This document shows, one piece after another, positions 20,694 to 30,310 of a stretch of 64,000 bases of DNA (position 1 is its first letter; the number at the start of each line of letters is the position of its first letter). The stretch spans positions 553,161 through 617,160 of the forward strand of contig CAVTEP010000011.1 in assembly GCA_963733915.1 (NCBI GenBank), written 5' to 3'. This DNA comes from Candidatus Sulfomarinibacteraceae bacterium (GTDB lineage Bacteria; Acidobacteriota; Thermoanaerobaculia; Thermoanaerobaculales; Sulfomarinibacteraceae). The position numbers were made by a program, and so were the translations under genes. The notes under the pieces were generated by a model. The model was not told where the DNA came from and did not search any database. It saw only the letters and a program-made list of their open reading frames with translations.

Positions 20694-21155
20694 TTACTTC
20701 ACGCGATCCTTGATCGCCTGCTCCGCCTCGCGATCGAGAGTGCGGCGGCGCAGGGTCTCGCGCTTGTCGTGGAGCTGCTTGCCGCGAGCCAACGCGATCT
20801 CCATCTTGATCAGGTTGCCGTCGAGGAAGACGGTCAAGGGTACGACGGTGAGCCCCTTCTCCCGGACCTTGCCGGCAAGGCGCTCGATCTCCCGCTTGTG
20901 AAGCAGCAGGCGGCGGCGGCGGACCGGATCATGGTGGGCGTAGCCGGCAGCATCGTAGGCGCCCACGTGGCAGCCGACGAGAAAGGCCTCACCGCCGACG
21001 AAGGCGATGTACGCCTCCTTGAGGTTGATTTTTCCCGAGCGGATCGCCTTGACCTCGGTACCGAGGAGCTCGATTCCGGCCGTCTCTCGCTCCAGGAGGT
21101 GATAGGTGTGGCGGGCTCTTCGATTGGTCGCCAGGACCCGGCGGCCGTCGCTCAT
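20694..21155 (-). CDS. smpB: SsrA-binding protein SmpB
   Basis: 153 aa. [12 protein letters not shown]...GTEVK...LLLHKREI pattern. Confidence 0.95.
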   Translation of the reverse strand: MSDGRRVLATNRRARHTYHLLERETAGIELLGTEVKAIRSGKINLKEAYIAFVGGEAFLVGCHVGAYDAAGYAHHDPVRRRRLLLHKREIERLAGKVREKGLTVVPLTVFLDGNLIKMEIALARGKQLHDKRETLRRRTLDREAEQAIKDRVK

Positions 21156-22669
21156 CGCATCACCTTGCCGAGAACCTCCACCATCTGAGGATCGAACTGG
21201 TGCCCCTTGCCGCGGTCGATGATCTCGAACGCACGATCCGGGCTGACGGTGGGCCGGTAGCGGCCGGGTACGGTGAGAACATCAAAGACTTCGGCAACGT
21301 GCACGAGCCGGGCGAGGTACGGTATCTCCTCGCGTGCCAGGCGGTCCGGATACCCGGTGCCGTCCCAGCGCTCGTGGTGGTGGCGAACCGCTGCGATCAC
21401 ATCGTCGAGGCCGGTGCCGGCGAGGATCCGCTCTCCAAGCATCGGGTGTTTCTGGTATCTGACTCGGTCGTCCGCCGAAGGCGCATCATTGCGATAGAGG
21501 CGCTCGTAGTCAAGCTCCCGCATGCCAACGTCGTGCAGCAGCCCGGCAAGCGCCGCGTCCTCCGTGAGACCGGACCCCAGATCGAGCTCCCTGGCCATCG
21601 AAAACACGAGACGTGACACGGACTCGGAATGCGCAACGAGATCCGGGTAGGTCCGCACTCCGGGTTGCAGGAGTCGTCGCGCGAGGTTGCGGCGCGAAAA
21701 CCGTAACGTCGATTTCTCGCAGGCGTCGTCGGCGCGCGCCTTGAGCCGGGCCAGGGTTGCCCGAGCGGCCGTCGCTCCACCGCCGGATATCACCGAGGCG
21801 GTGAGAGTCCCGACCGCAGAACGTTCGAGCAGCACCGCCGAAGCGATCATTGACGATGCCGTGGAATCCGCAACCGCTGGGACCCGCCGGACCTCGACGT
21901 GCCAGGATCCTCGATCCGGTGGCGCGACGCCTGCCTCGACCAGAGCCGAGGTCTGATGGCGGACGAGGGCCTCGCGATCAAGCTCGGGCCCGCCCTCTCG
22001 CAGGTTGACAAGAGTTGCGGCGCCAGTCGCCACCGTCAGCGTCACCGCCACCGCTACCACCTGGTGTTCGAGAACGGCGTCGAGCGCCGCGTCGTGGACG
22101 CCCTCGAGAGCCGGCTCATCGAGCATCGGCGGCTGCGGTGGGCCGAGCTCGACGGGTCGCGGCGTTGGCTTTTCGACGACGTCGACGACCGCGCTGTCTT
22201 CGTCAGCCGCCACAAAGCCGCTTCGTTGCGCGAACTCGACCATCGCCGTGGCGATCTTCTTCGCGTTGCTGACATCATTTCGTTCGAAGATGCGCTTGCG
22301 ACCCTTGTCGCGCGCATCCACGAATCCGATGATCTCGTCGCCGGCGATCAGCGGCACCAGGAGGAGCTTCGAGTTGCCGGCGCTCTTGAGATAGTCGGTC
22401 AGGGGCCCAAGCTCGTTCTTCCGGTTGAAGGCCGCCGGAATCCCGTTGAGCTCCCGCGCTTTCCTCACCATCGGCTCCTCGAGCCCGTGTTCGATGGCGA
22501 GGACATCGCGACGGCCAAATCCGTATTGAGTGGCGAGCAGGAATTTGCCTTCCGGGCCGTAGAGGTAGAGCGCGGCCCGGGTGCACTGGATCTCCTCGAG
22601 GAACCTGAACAGGACCTCCTTGAATCCACGTTCGATCTCCGGTGACCAGCCGGGTATGTTGGCGCTCAT
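21152..22669 (-). CDS. GAF-like sensor domain / HD-GYP phosphodiesterase
   Basis: C-terminal LLHDVGM...HHHERWDGTGYP...FD (HD-GYP). The ATG at 22669 (MSANIPGW) follows a GGGGGGA RBS; the track start at 22828 is probably too far upstream. Stop overlaps the smpB start. Confidence 0.85.
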   Translation of the reverse strand: MSANIPGWSPEIERGFKEVLFRFLEEIQCTRAALYLYGPEGKFLLATQYGFGRRDVLAIEHGLEEPMVRKARELNGIPAAFNRKNELGPLTDYLKSAGNSKLLLVPLIAGDEIIGFVDARDKGRKRIFERNDVSNAKKIATAMVEFAQRSGFVAADEDSAVVDVVEKPTPRPVELGPPQPPMLDEPALEGVHDAALDAVLEHQVVAVAVTLTVATGAATLVNLREGGPELDREALVRHQTSALVEAGVAPPDRGSWHVEVRRVPAVADSTASSMIASAVLLERSAVGTLTASVISGGGATAARATLARLKARADDACEKSTLRFSRRNLARRLLQPGVRTYPDLVAHSESVSRLVFSMARELDLGSGLTEDAALAGLLHDVGMRELDYERLYRNDAPSADDRVRYQKHPMLGERILAGTGLDDVIAAVRHHHERWDGTGYPDRLAREEIPYLARLVHVAEVFDVLTVPGRYRPTVSPDRAFEIIDRGKGHQFDPQMVEVLGKVMR

Positions 22670-22849
22670 CGCGTCCCCCCCAATGCAGTCGCTGTAACCC
22701 TCATACTGTAACACCAGCCTGCCATTTCGGCGGAAATTCGACCACGAATGCCAAATTCCACGCGCTGAAAGTCCTGCCACGAAACGAGATCGCTCACGTA
22801 CCTTCCCGGCGCCGCACGAACGAGCCATTTCGGTTAGAATTGCGGCTGT

Positions 22850-23374
22850 ATGTCGCCGGTTTTTGCCGCCCTCGTTCTCGCCGCAGTATCAGCCAGCGAG
22901 CCGATCCTCCTCGAGGTCGACCGTGGGAACAATGAGATTGTGGTGCGCTTCGAGCTCGCTTCAGAGTTGCCGGAGCCCGCAGCCGGAAGCCTTTCGTCAG
23001 GGGCGACCGTAGAGATCAACTACCCATTGAGGGTGTATTCGCGGCGCCGCATGATTCCCGACCGCCGGGTCTGGAAAGGTGTGGCGCGGGCGACAGTGGC
23101 CTTCGACGCCGTGACCGGGCGTTATCTGTGCCAGCTCGTGGTCAACGGTTCGACCACGGTCAGCCGAGAGGTGGAAACCGAGGACGCCGCGCGAAGGTGG
23201 CTCCTCGCGCCGCCGGCGGTCGAGGTGCCATTGCCACAGGCGCGCCGAGACGCGTACTTGCGGGTTCGCGTCCGGGCAGTGTTTGCGAGTGGCACCAGCT
23301 GGCTGGTCTTCCCGACCACCGAGGGGACCGACTGGGTTGAGGTGCGACTCGAGGCGCAACGGGACGTAGAATGA
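22850..23374 (+). CDS. DUF4390-like secreted protein
   Basis: Signal peptide MSPVFAALVLAAVSA. VYSRRRMIPDRRVWKGVARATVAFDAVTGRY resembles the DUF4390 core. Located upstream of an NtrY-type kinase, as usual for this family. Confidence 0.65.
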   Translation: MSPVFAALVLAAVSASEPILLEVDRGNNEIVVRFELASELPEPAAGSLSSGATVEINYPLRVYSRRRMIPDRRVWKGVARATVAFDAVTGRYLCQLVVNGSTTVSREVETEDAARRWLLAPPAVEVPLPQARRDAYLRVRVRAVFASGTSWLVFPTTEGTDWVEVRLEAQRDVE

Positions 23375-23408
23375 CCCTCCCTTTCGGTGGCTCTCCGGAG
23401 ACCGCCCC

Positions 23409-25493
23409 ATGAGACCGCTGCGCGAGACCTGGGGCCGCCACCACCGAGAGAACAAGTCGTTGATCCGGGCGTTCGTGATTCTCATGCTCCTGTTGGCGGG
23501 CGGGTTTTACCTCCTCCAGCGCGCCCAGGAAACCTCACCGGAAGAGCTCACCAATCGGATCCTCCTCTTCGTCCTCTGGTATCTCGATATCTCGTTGATC
23601 CTCATCCTCAGCTTCATCCTCCTACGAAACGTGGTGCGGTTGGCGGTCGAACGCCGCGCTGGTGTTCTCGGGAGCCGATTTCGGACCAAGTTGGTCCTGA
23701 CGTATGTCGGGCTCACATTCGTCCCGGTGATCCTCATCTTCCTGATCGCGACCAATCTCCTCCAGGGATCGATCGATCGCTGGTTTTCGGCCCCGGTGGA
23801 GACCATCCTTCGCGGCGGCGCCGAGGTCACGGTGGAGCTTCGAGAGTTGATCGAGGAACACCTCGAGCGGCAGGCGGCGGTCGCCTCCGAGGAGCTCGCG
23901 GGCGACGATCGCGAGCCGGATCTCGTCCGCCTGCAAAACCTCCTTGGGGTGGATCTGGTGGCGGTTTACGACGGCGACGATCTGGTGGAAATGGTCGCAG
24001 ACCCACGCAGGATACCAGCCTCGCTACCGCCGTTACGGTGGGAGAACCTGCAGTCGGCGGGGGTGCGCGCCGACCGGTGGCGCGGCGGCCTCTTGCTCCG
24101 GGCGTGGAGCCCGACTGTGCGTGACGGCCGGGTCGTCGTCGGGGACATGCTGCCGCGCGAGCTGCTCCTGCACCTCGAAAACTCGATCGCCGCGGACGCC
24201 CAGTTTCAGGAAATGAAACAGAAGCAAGGCACGATCACGGCGACAACGGTCCTGGTTCTTCTCGCTGTGACCCTGCTGCTGCTCTTTGCCACCGTCTGGG
24301 TCGGCCTTTACCTTTCACGCCGGTTCACCGAGCCACTGTTGGTGGTCACTGCCGCCACCCAGCGCGTGGCTGAAGGCGATGCGATGGAGGAAGTGGACGT
24401 GCCGGCCTCGGACGAGGTTGCTGTTTTGGTGAATTCGTTTAACGCCATGGTCCGCCGGGTTCGCGCGACCGAAGCCGAGATCCTGGCCTCAAACCAGGAG
24501 CTGACGACATTATTGGCGACAGTACCAACAGGGGTGCTGTCCGTGGACGCCAACGGCGAACATTTTCGCCCAAATCCGGCTGCGGCGAAAATGCTCGGAC
24601 ACGCAGAGTGGGGGCACAGTTGGCGTCCTCTCGACGATCTCAATCGGCCTGGACTCGAAGGACTCCATGAGCGCCTGCTTCCGCAGCAACCGTCGAACAT
24701 GAATTGTGAGCTCAACCTTGAAACCGGCGGCGAAACGGTTCATGTCGACATCACCTCCCGACCTCTTCCCGGTGGCGGGCGGGTGGTGGCGATTGATGAC
24801 CTGACACAGCTGATCCAAGCCCAGCGGCAGGCGGCGTGGAGCGAGGTTGCGCAGCGAATCGCGCACGAAATCCGGAACCCGCTGACGCCGATTCAACTCG
24901 CGGCAGAGAGAATCCAGCGTCGCGCGGACGGTCTCGATCAAGAGCTTCGGGAGATCGTGATCTCGGGTTGCGAGGCGATCGTGGCTCAGGTGACGGGACT
25001 CAAGGAGCTCGTCGACGCCTTCCAAGAATATGCCAGGATGCCAACGATCAATCCTCAACCGACCGTTATTGACCGAATCCTGCGCGAGCTCTGCTCCCTC
25101 TACGGCGGAGTCCGCGACGGTCTCAATGTTCAAGTCAGGCTTCCCGACCACCCGGTCCGAGCCCTAGTTGACCCGATCCTCCTGCGGCAGGCCCTCGTCA
25201 ACCTCCTCGACAATGCTGTCTGGGCGATTACCGGCGACGGCAACATCACAATAGTCGCCCGTGTCGCCGACGATGATGTCGTGATCGAAGTCGAGGACAC
25301 CGGTGTCGGACTTCCGATCGAGGACACCGAAACCTTGGTTGAACCGTTTTTCTCCACCAAGGGGCGGGGGTCGGGTATGGGCTTGGCCCTGGTTCATCGC
25401 ATCGTCGCCGACCACGGCGGTGCGCTTGAGCTGGAGGGCCTGGAATCGGGAGGAACTCGGGCGCGCCTCGTCTTTCACGGTGCGCGGATGTAG
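23409..25493 (+). CDS. NtrY-like sensor histidine kinase (TM-HAMP-PAS-HisKA-HATPase)
   Basis: H-box AHEIRNPLTPIQLAAERI, N/G boxes (LLDNAVWA, DTGVGLP, GSGMGLALV), N-terminal multi-TM region and HAMP. Confidence 0.88.
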   Translation: MRPLRETWGRHHRENKSLIRAFVILMLLLAGGFYLLQRAQETSPEELTNRILLFVLWYLDISLILILSFILLRNVVRLAVERRAGVLGSRFRTKLVLTYVGLTFVPVILIFLIATNLLQGSIDRWFSAPVETILRGGAEVTVELRELIEEHLERQAAVASEELAGDDREPDLVRLQNLLGVDLVAVYDGDDLVEMVADPRRIPASLPPLRWENLQSAGVRADRWRGGLLLRAWSPTVRDGRVVVGDMLPRELLLHLENSIAADAQFQEMKQKQGTITATTVLVLLAVTLLLLFATVWVGLYLSRRFTEPLLVVTAATQRVAEGDAMEEVDVPASDEVAVLVNSFNAMVRRVRATEAEILASNQELTTLLATVPTGVLSVDANGEHFRPNPAAAKMLGHAEWGHSWRPLDDLNRPGLEGLHERLLPQQPSNMNCELNLETGGETVHVDITSRPLPGGGRVVAIDDLTQLIQAQRQAAWSEVAQRIAHEIRNPLTPIQLAAERIQRRADGLDQELREIVISGCEAIVAQVTGLKELVDAFQEYARMPTINPQPTVIDRILRELCSLYGGVRDGLNVQVRLPDHPVRALVDPILLRQALVNLLDNAVWAITGDGNITIVARVADDDVVIEVEDTGVGLPIEDTETLVEPFFSTKGRGSGMGLALVHRIVADHGGALELEGLESGGTRARLVFHGARM

Positions 25494-25551
25494 ACGCGAC
25501 CGCATGGTCCGCCGTTGACCCTTTCCGCGACCCCCTGATACCATCATTCAT

Positions 25552-27801
25552 ATGGCGTATCCGGGCAATCCCGACCTTTCTCCGCAAGCACAGGAGCGCG
25601 TGATGACCGCCTTCAAACAGGTTGTCGGCAAGCTCCAACAGGGCAACCGGGAGGAGGCGCTCATCGGGCTTGAGTTCGTCCTCCGCCTCGACCCCGGCTA
25701 CTCACCCGCCAAAAACCTTCATCACCAGCTCTCGTCGGGCGCTGGCGCGGTCGATCTCAACGACATCCTCGGCCAGCTGCAGGCGCCGACCACCGAGGCC
25801 ATCAACAGCCTCGTCATCGAGGCGATGGAGGATTTCAACAACCGCGACTTCGATGCGGCGCGAGCTAAGATCGAGCAAGTGCTCCTCGACCTCCCGGGTC
25901 ACGAGGAGGCACGCGGCCTTCTCGCTCAGATCGAGGCCGCAACAAAGGGCGAATCGCAGGTAAGCCAGTTCCTCTCGCGGGCACGTGAAGCGCTCGCGAG
26001 CGGGGACTCTCAGGAGGCCGCAAACTTCGTCATGATGGCGCAGGCGCTCGATCCCCACCATCGGGAAATCGCCGCCACTATCGCCGCGATCGAGCGCGGT
26101 GGGGACGTATCGCTGGAGCAAGCCGGTTTTGCACCCGAGGGCGCTCAACCGTTGCCGGCGTCAGAGGACGGTGGCCCGACCGCCGACACCGACGAGCTGT
26201 TCGAGGTTGCCGAACCGAGACGCGGCGCGCGCCCCGATGTCCATGTCACCGACTCGCACGAAGTTCCCGAATTCGACACCGGCGCTGCGGAATTCGGCAC
26301 CAACGTGGCCGACCTCGGCGCCGGCTCTCCCGGTTTTGGAGACGACGGGCCTGACTTTGGCGCTGCCGCACCCGAATTCGACGCTGAGGCGCCTCGTTTC
26401 GACGCCGACCCGCACCCGGGGCCGCCAGCCCGGCACCGGACGACCCACAGCTCAGAGTCCTTGTCGGCAGAGGCGTACTACGAAGACGGCGGTATGGAAG
26501 CGGACCGCCTCTTCGAAACCTCGGCCTCCTCTTTTGCCGAAGATGACGGCGCCGAGAGCGTCGACCCGAACGACCCAAACGCGATGATCCGCGACCTCCT
26601 GATCAAGGGTGGTACCGCCGCCGCGGCCGACCACTATGCGGCCGCGATCGACGCGTGGTCGAGGATCCTCCTCATCGACCGTCATCACGAAGAGGCCATC
26701 GACCGCATCGAGCATATCCGGCACGCACGAGAAGAGCTCGAGCGGCGGATCGAGCCAATGCTGGAAGATGCGCGGGCGGCTCATAAAAGCGGTGACCTCG
26801 AGCTCGCTCGCGACTTCACACGGCGCGCCCTCGAGTTGAGCCCCAACCACGTCGAGGGCACGCGCCTCAAGGAGATCATCGATCGCGGCGCCCACCCGGA
26901 CAGTGAGGAGCTTGCCGGAGAGGCGGTCATGCCGGAGCTCGAGGACGATTTGTTCTCGGACGAGTTTGCCGCGACGGCGGACTTCGGATCGGCCGCGGAC
27001 AAACCAAAGACGGCACTCGAGGGCGAGTGGCGGACGCCGGTAAAACCGAAGCGTCGCTTGCCGTGGCAGTGGTGGGCGGCGATCGGCGCAGTTGGATTGG
27101 TGATCGTCGGTGCCACCATGTGGTTCGCCGGCGTGTTCGCACCCGAGCCCGAGGGCGAGCCCCGGATCAAGATTGTCGAGCGGGTCCTGGTCGAAGCGGC
27201 AGAGATGTACAACCAGAAACGGGTTGAGGAGGCGATCCTCCACCTCGAACAGAACTCGGCCAATGACCCCTATCAGGTTCGGATCGACAAGGCCCTCAAC
27301 GAATATAGAGCGGCAGTCGCGACACCGGTGCCGACCCCGGTTCCAGAAGGACTCACCGCCTGTCGCGACCTTCTCGCCGAGGGCCGATGGATGGCCGCCT
27401 ATGAGCGGGCAATGGGCGAACTCCGCACCCATCCCAACGACCCCGGCCTGGAGGAGGTGCGCGATGAGATCCTCGAAGTCGAGCCCGCGGCGGCGATCCT
27501 CTACATGGCACTTCGCGCCGGAGAACACGCAAAGGCCATCAGCGTTTCCAAGGACCTCCTGGAAAAGAGGGCGGGCGACGCCGAGTTGATGGCGGTTTAT
27601 GACCGCACCCTTTTCAACGCCGCGCTGGCCGAGCTCCGCGCCCACAACATCCCGGCCGCCGAAAGCTATCTCACCGAGTTGGCCGGCCGCCAACCGGACG
27701 ACGAGGAGGTACAGCGGATTCTCGCGCTTGCCGGCACCTACAAGACCAAGCCGGTCGACATGCAGCTCGAGGTTTTCGTCGGTAGCCTGGCCGAGCGATG
27801 A
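25552..27801 (+). CDS. large TPR-repeat protein with one TM helix and an acidic EF/FG-repeat linker
   Basis: 749 aa. TPR-like helical repeats at both ends, TM helix WWAAIGAVGLVIVGATMWFAGVF. Stop overlaps the next start (ATGA). Confidence 0.7.
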   Translation: MAYPGNPDLSPQAQERVMTAFKQVVGKLQQGNREEALIGLEFVLRLDPGYSPAKNLHHQLSSGAGAVDLNDILGQLQAPTTEAINSLVIEAMEDFNNRDFDAARAKIEQVLLDLPGHEEARGLLAQIEAATKGESQVSQFLSRAREALASGDSQEAANFVMMAQALDPHHREIAATIAAIERGGDVSLEQAGFAPEGAQPLPASEDGGPTADTDELFEVAEPRRGARPDVHVTDSHEVPEFDTGAAEFGTNVADLGAGSPGFGDDGPDFGAAAPEFDAEAPRFDADPHPGPPARHRTTHSSESLSAEAYYEDGGMEADRLFETSASSFAEDDGAESVDPNDPNAMIRDLLIKGGTAAAADHYAAAIDAWSRILLIDRHHEEAIDRIEHIRHAREELERRIEPMLEDARAAHKSGDLELARDFTRRALELSPNHVEGTRLKEIIDRGAHPDSEELAGEAVMPELEDDLFSDEFAATADFGSAADKPKTALEGEWRTPVKPKRRLPWQWWAAIGAVGLVIVGATMWFAGVFAPEPEGEPRIKIVERVLVEAAEMYNQKRVEEAILHLEQNSANDPYQVRIDKALNEYRAAVATPVPTPVPEGLTACRDLLAEGRWMAAYERAMGELRTHPNDPGLEEVRDEILEVEPAAAILYMALRAGEHAKAISVSKDLLEKRAGDAELMAVYDRTLFNAALAELRAHNIPAAESYLTELAGRQPDDEEVQRILALAGTYKTKPVDMQLEVFVGSLAER

Positions 27802-28281
27802 ACGACGACCGCGATCAGATTCCCGGTGATTGGGATGCCCTGATGGACCGTTCGGCGGGGTCGGATGCGACCGATTCGACCGCCCTCGACACGGACTCTG
27901 CCGCGCCGCCGGTGTTGACGCTGATGGCGGTCTCGTGGGCCGACCTGGTGGCTGTGCTGGCCGTTTGCACCGCCACCCTGCTCGCCATTCTGGCGCTCGG
28001 CGAGCGCCCGGCCCTGCCGGCATTTGGGTGGGCAGCCGGTCTCGCCTTGGCGTGGTGGCTCTTCGCAGCAGCTGTGCTTGACCGTGGTTCGTCAGGGCAC
28101 CCCGGGCATGCTGCTCGCCGGAGTGAGTTTTTCTGATCCGGTGCCACCGTCACGCGTCGGCTGGGTTTTGGCGGCAGCCCTGGTCGGGATCGGAACCCTC
28201 GGTCTCACCGGGCTGCTCGGTTTTCGCGGTTCCATCCTTCGCGCTGCAGCGCGGTCCGACGTGGTCTGCGGGACCGGCTGA
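27798..28281 (+). CDS. RDD family membrane protein, interrupted by an apparent +1 frameshift near 28080
   Basis: The 27798 frame gives TM-rich VSWADLVAVLAVCTATLL...WWLFAAAVL, then junk. The 28024 frame continues with TVVRQGTPGMLLAGVSF..., the conserved RDD-family G.TPGM motif. Confidence 0.6.
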
Positions 28282-28285
28282 CGGG

Positions 28286-28477
28286 TCAGCCCTTTGGCCG
28301 CTTGAAGACCATCCCGATGTGGTCGGTCGCGGCGGTCTTGTAGTTGATGGCGGTGATGGCCACCAGCTCCCACCCCTCGTCTCCGAGCTCGTTGAGTTCG
28401 CTCTCCTTGGCGGGGTCGATGCGGTAATTTTCGGAACGGATATTGATGATTTTGTACTCCCAACAAACCGCTTCCAT
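28286..28477 (-). CDS. DUF4177 domain protein
   Basis: 63 aa starting at MEAVCWEYKII...LNELGDEGWELVAI. The upstream part of the track ORF lacks coding character. Confidence 0.7.
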   Translation of the reverse strand: MEAVCWEYKIINIRSENYRIDPAKESELNELGDEGWELVAITAINYKTAATDHIGMVFKRPKG

Positions 28478-28608
28478 ACCGTCCTCCCTACCCGGCGCGA
28501 GTGTAGCATCGACTTCCGCCCGGGGCTCCGTTAAGTTGGTGCGGTGGACCCCATCTCGAACAATCGCCAAGGACACCACCAAATCGCAACCATCGCGAGC
28601 CGCGGCCG

Positions 28609-29364
28609 ATGACGCGGTTTCGTTTGTCCGTGGTTGTTCCCGCTCTTAACGAGGCAGTGCGGCTGCCACCAACCCTGGCCGAGGTGAACGCTTATCTCGC
28701 CTCCCGTCCCGAGTGGCTGCCGGCAGAGATCATCGTGGTCGACGACGGATCCGACGATGAGACTGTGCCCGCGTCGCGGGCGGTACCGGCCGCGGACGGC
28801 ATCGTCCTTCGCGTCGCGGAGCACGGCGCCAACCGGGGTAAGGGTGCGGCGGTCCGCACCGGTTTCGCCCTTACCGCCGGGGACTGGGTCCTGCTCAGCG
28901 ACGCGGATCTATCGGCGCCCATCGAGGAACTGGAAACGCTCTGGCAGGCAGCGTCTCAACGCACCGTGGCCGTTGGATCCCGCGCTGTCGCTCGACGGCT
29001 GGTGGAAACGCCCCAACCGCGTCACCGCGACCTGATGGGGCGCAATTTCAATCTCGTGATCCGCGGCCTCCGCCTGACTGCGCTCCACGACACCCAGTGT
29101 GGATTCAAGCTGTTCCCCGGAAATCTGGCGCGCTCGCTGGCGGCGGTACAGCGTCTCGACGGTTTCGCATTTGACGTCGAACTCTTGTTGCTGGCCAGGC
29201 GCTGGGGCTTCGCGGTGCGTGAAATCGGCGTGCGGTGGCGTCACGTCGAGGCGTCGCGGGTGCTGGCCGTGCGACACTCGAGTCAGATGCTCCGCGATGT
29301 CATCCGCCTGTGGTGGTGGCGTGCTGCGGGCACTCTCGCACAGCCCCCGGAGAACCTGCGATGA
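28609..29364 (+). CDS. family 2 glycosyltransferase (dolichyl/polyprenyl-phosphate glycosyltransferase-like)
   Basis: LSVVVPALNE...IIVVDDGSDD...DADL...QCGFK motifs. Confidence 0.85.
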   Translation: MTRFRLSVVVPALNEAVRLPPTLAEVNAYLASRPEWLPAEIIVVDDGSDDETVPASRAVPAADGIVLRVAEHGANRGKGAAVRTGFALTAGDWVLLSDADLSAPIEELETLWQAASQRTVAVGSRAVARRLVETPQPRHRDLMGRNFNLVIRGLRLTALHDTQCGFKLFPGNLARSLAAVQRLDGFAFDVELLLLARRWGFAVREIGVRWRHVEASRVLAVRHSSQMLRDVIRLWWWRAAGTLAQPPENLR

Positions 29365-30290
29365 GCCATGCCCAGGACGGCCTCGGCGGCGGCGCGTGGC
29401 TGTTCGAGGAGTTCCTCAAACACCTCGAGTGGGAGCGCAACCTGTCGCCTTCGACTCTTCGCGCCTACGAGCGCGAGATCCGGGCGTTCATCGCCTTTGC
29501 GGCCGCCGAGCTCGGTCTCGATCGCCCGCAGGCCGTCAGCCCGGCAACCCTGAGATCCTACCTCGCCCATCTCCACGCCCGTCACCTTGCGCCGCGATCG
29601 GTGGGCCGCGCTCTCGCGGCCCTCCGCACCCACTTTCGCTTCCTCGTCGGCGAGGGGGTGGTCGCCTCGAATCCAGCCGAGGCCGTTCCGCACCCGCGCG
29701 CCGAGTCCCGTTCTCCCGAGATCACCGACCGCCACGCGATCGAAGAGTTGCTGGAGAATTTTCCGGACACTCCCGCCGGCCGTCGCGACCGTGCCCTGTG
29801 TGAACTCCTGTACGCTGCCGGATTGCGGGTTGGCGAGCTGGTGGCCCTCGACCTCGGGGATATCCACTTGGCGCAACGACTGGTGCGGGTCCGCGGTAAG
29901 GGCCGCAAGGAGCGGGTGATTCCGTTTGGCCGGCCGGCCGCAGGCGCGGTCGCGGCCTACCTCCCCGATCGGGCTCGGTGGCGGCGCGAGCTTGGTGGAG
30001 ACGGTGAACCCCTGTTTGTCAACCAGCGGGGGGGGCGGCTCAGCGACCGTTCTGTACGGCGGGTGCTCGATCGCGCGGTCCACCGCACGGCCGATCTCAA
30101 CCACCTCCATCCTCACGCTTTGCGACATGCGTTCGCGACCCACCTTCTCGAGGCGGGCATGGATCTCCGTGCCATCCAGGAGCTTCTCGGACACAGCTCG
30201 CTCGCCACGACCCAGGTGTACACGCGGGTCGACCTCGCCCACCTGATGGCGGTACATCGTCGCAGTCACCCGAGGGGAAAGCCCGATTGA
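29361..30290 (+). CDS. xerC: XerC/XerD-type tyrosine site-specific recombinase
   Basis: SAM-like N-terminal domain (LSPSTLRAYEREIRAF). Catalytic R...HALRHAFATHLL...LGHSSLATTQVYT. The ATG at 29361 overlaps the upstream stop (ATGA). Confidence 0.85.
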   Translation: MSHAQDGLGGGAWLFEEFLKHLEWERNLSPSTLRAYEREIRAFIAFAAAELGLDRPQAVSPATLRSYLAHLHARHLAPRSVGRALAALRTHFRFLVGEGVVASNPAEAVPHPRAESRSPEITDRHAIEELLENFPDTPAGRRDRALCELLYAAGLRVGELVALDLGDIHLAQRLVRVRGKGRKERVIPFGRPAAGAVAAYLPDRARWRRELGGDGEPLFVNQRGGRLSDRSVRRVLDRAVHRTADLNHLHPHALRHAFATHLLEAGMDLRAIQELLGHSSLATTQVYTRVDLAHLMAVHRRSHPRGKPD

Positions 30291-30293
30291 GGC

Positions 30294-30310
30294 GGTGATT
30301 AAGCGGGCTA
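30294..30310. repeat. solo end resembling the terminal repeat of the 180-bp element family
   Basis: GGTGATTAAGCGGGCTA compared with GGTGAGATAAGCGGGCTA at 34020-34037. As there, its last 3 nt form the TAG stop of a minus-strand ORF. Confidence 0.4.

Noticed and set aside
29361-30290. Tyrosine recombinase as a sign of an integrated mobile element
   Set aside because: The sequence and length fit housekeeping XerC/XerD. It is translationally coupled to a glycosyltransferase gene. There is no adjacent tRNA target, no att-like direct repeats, and no phage or IS genes.
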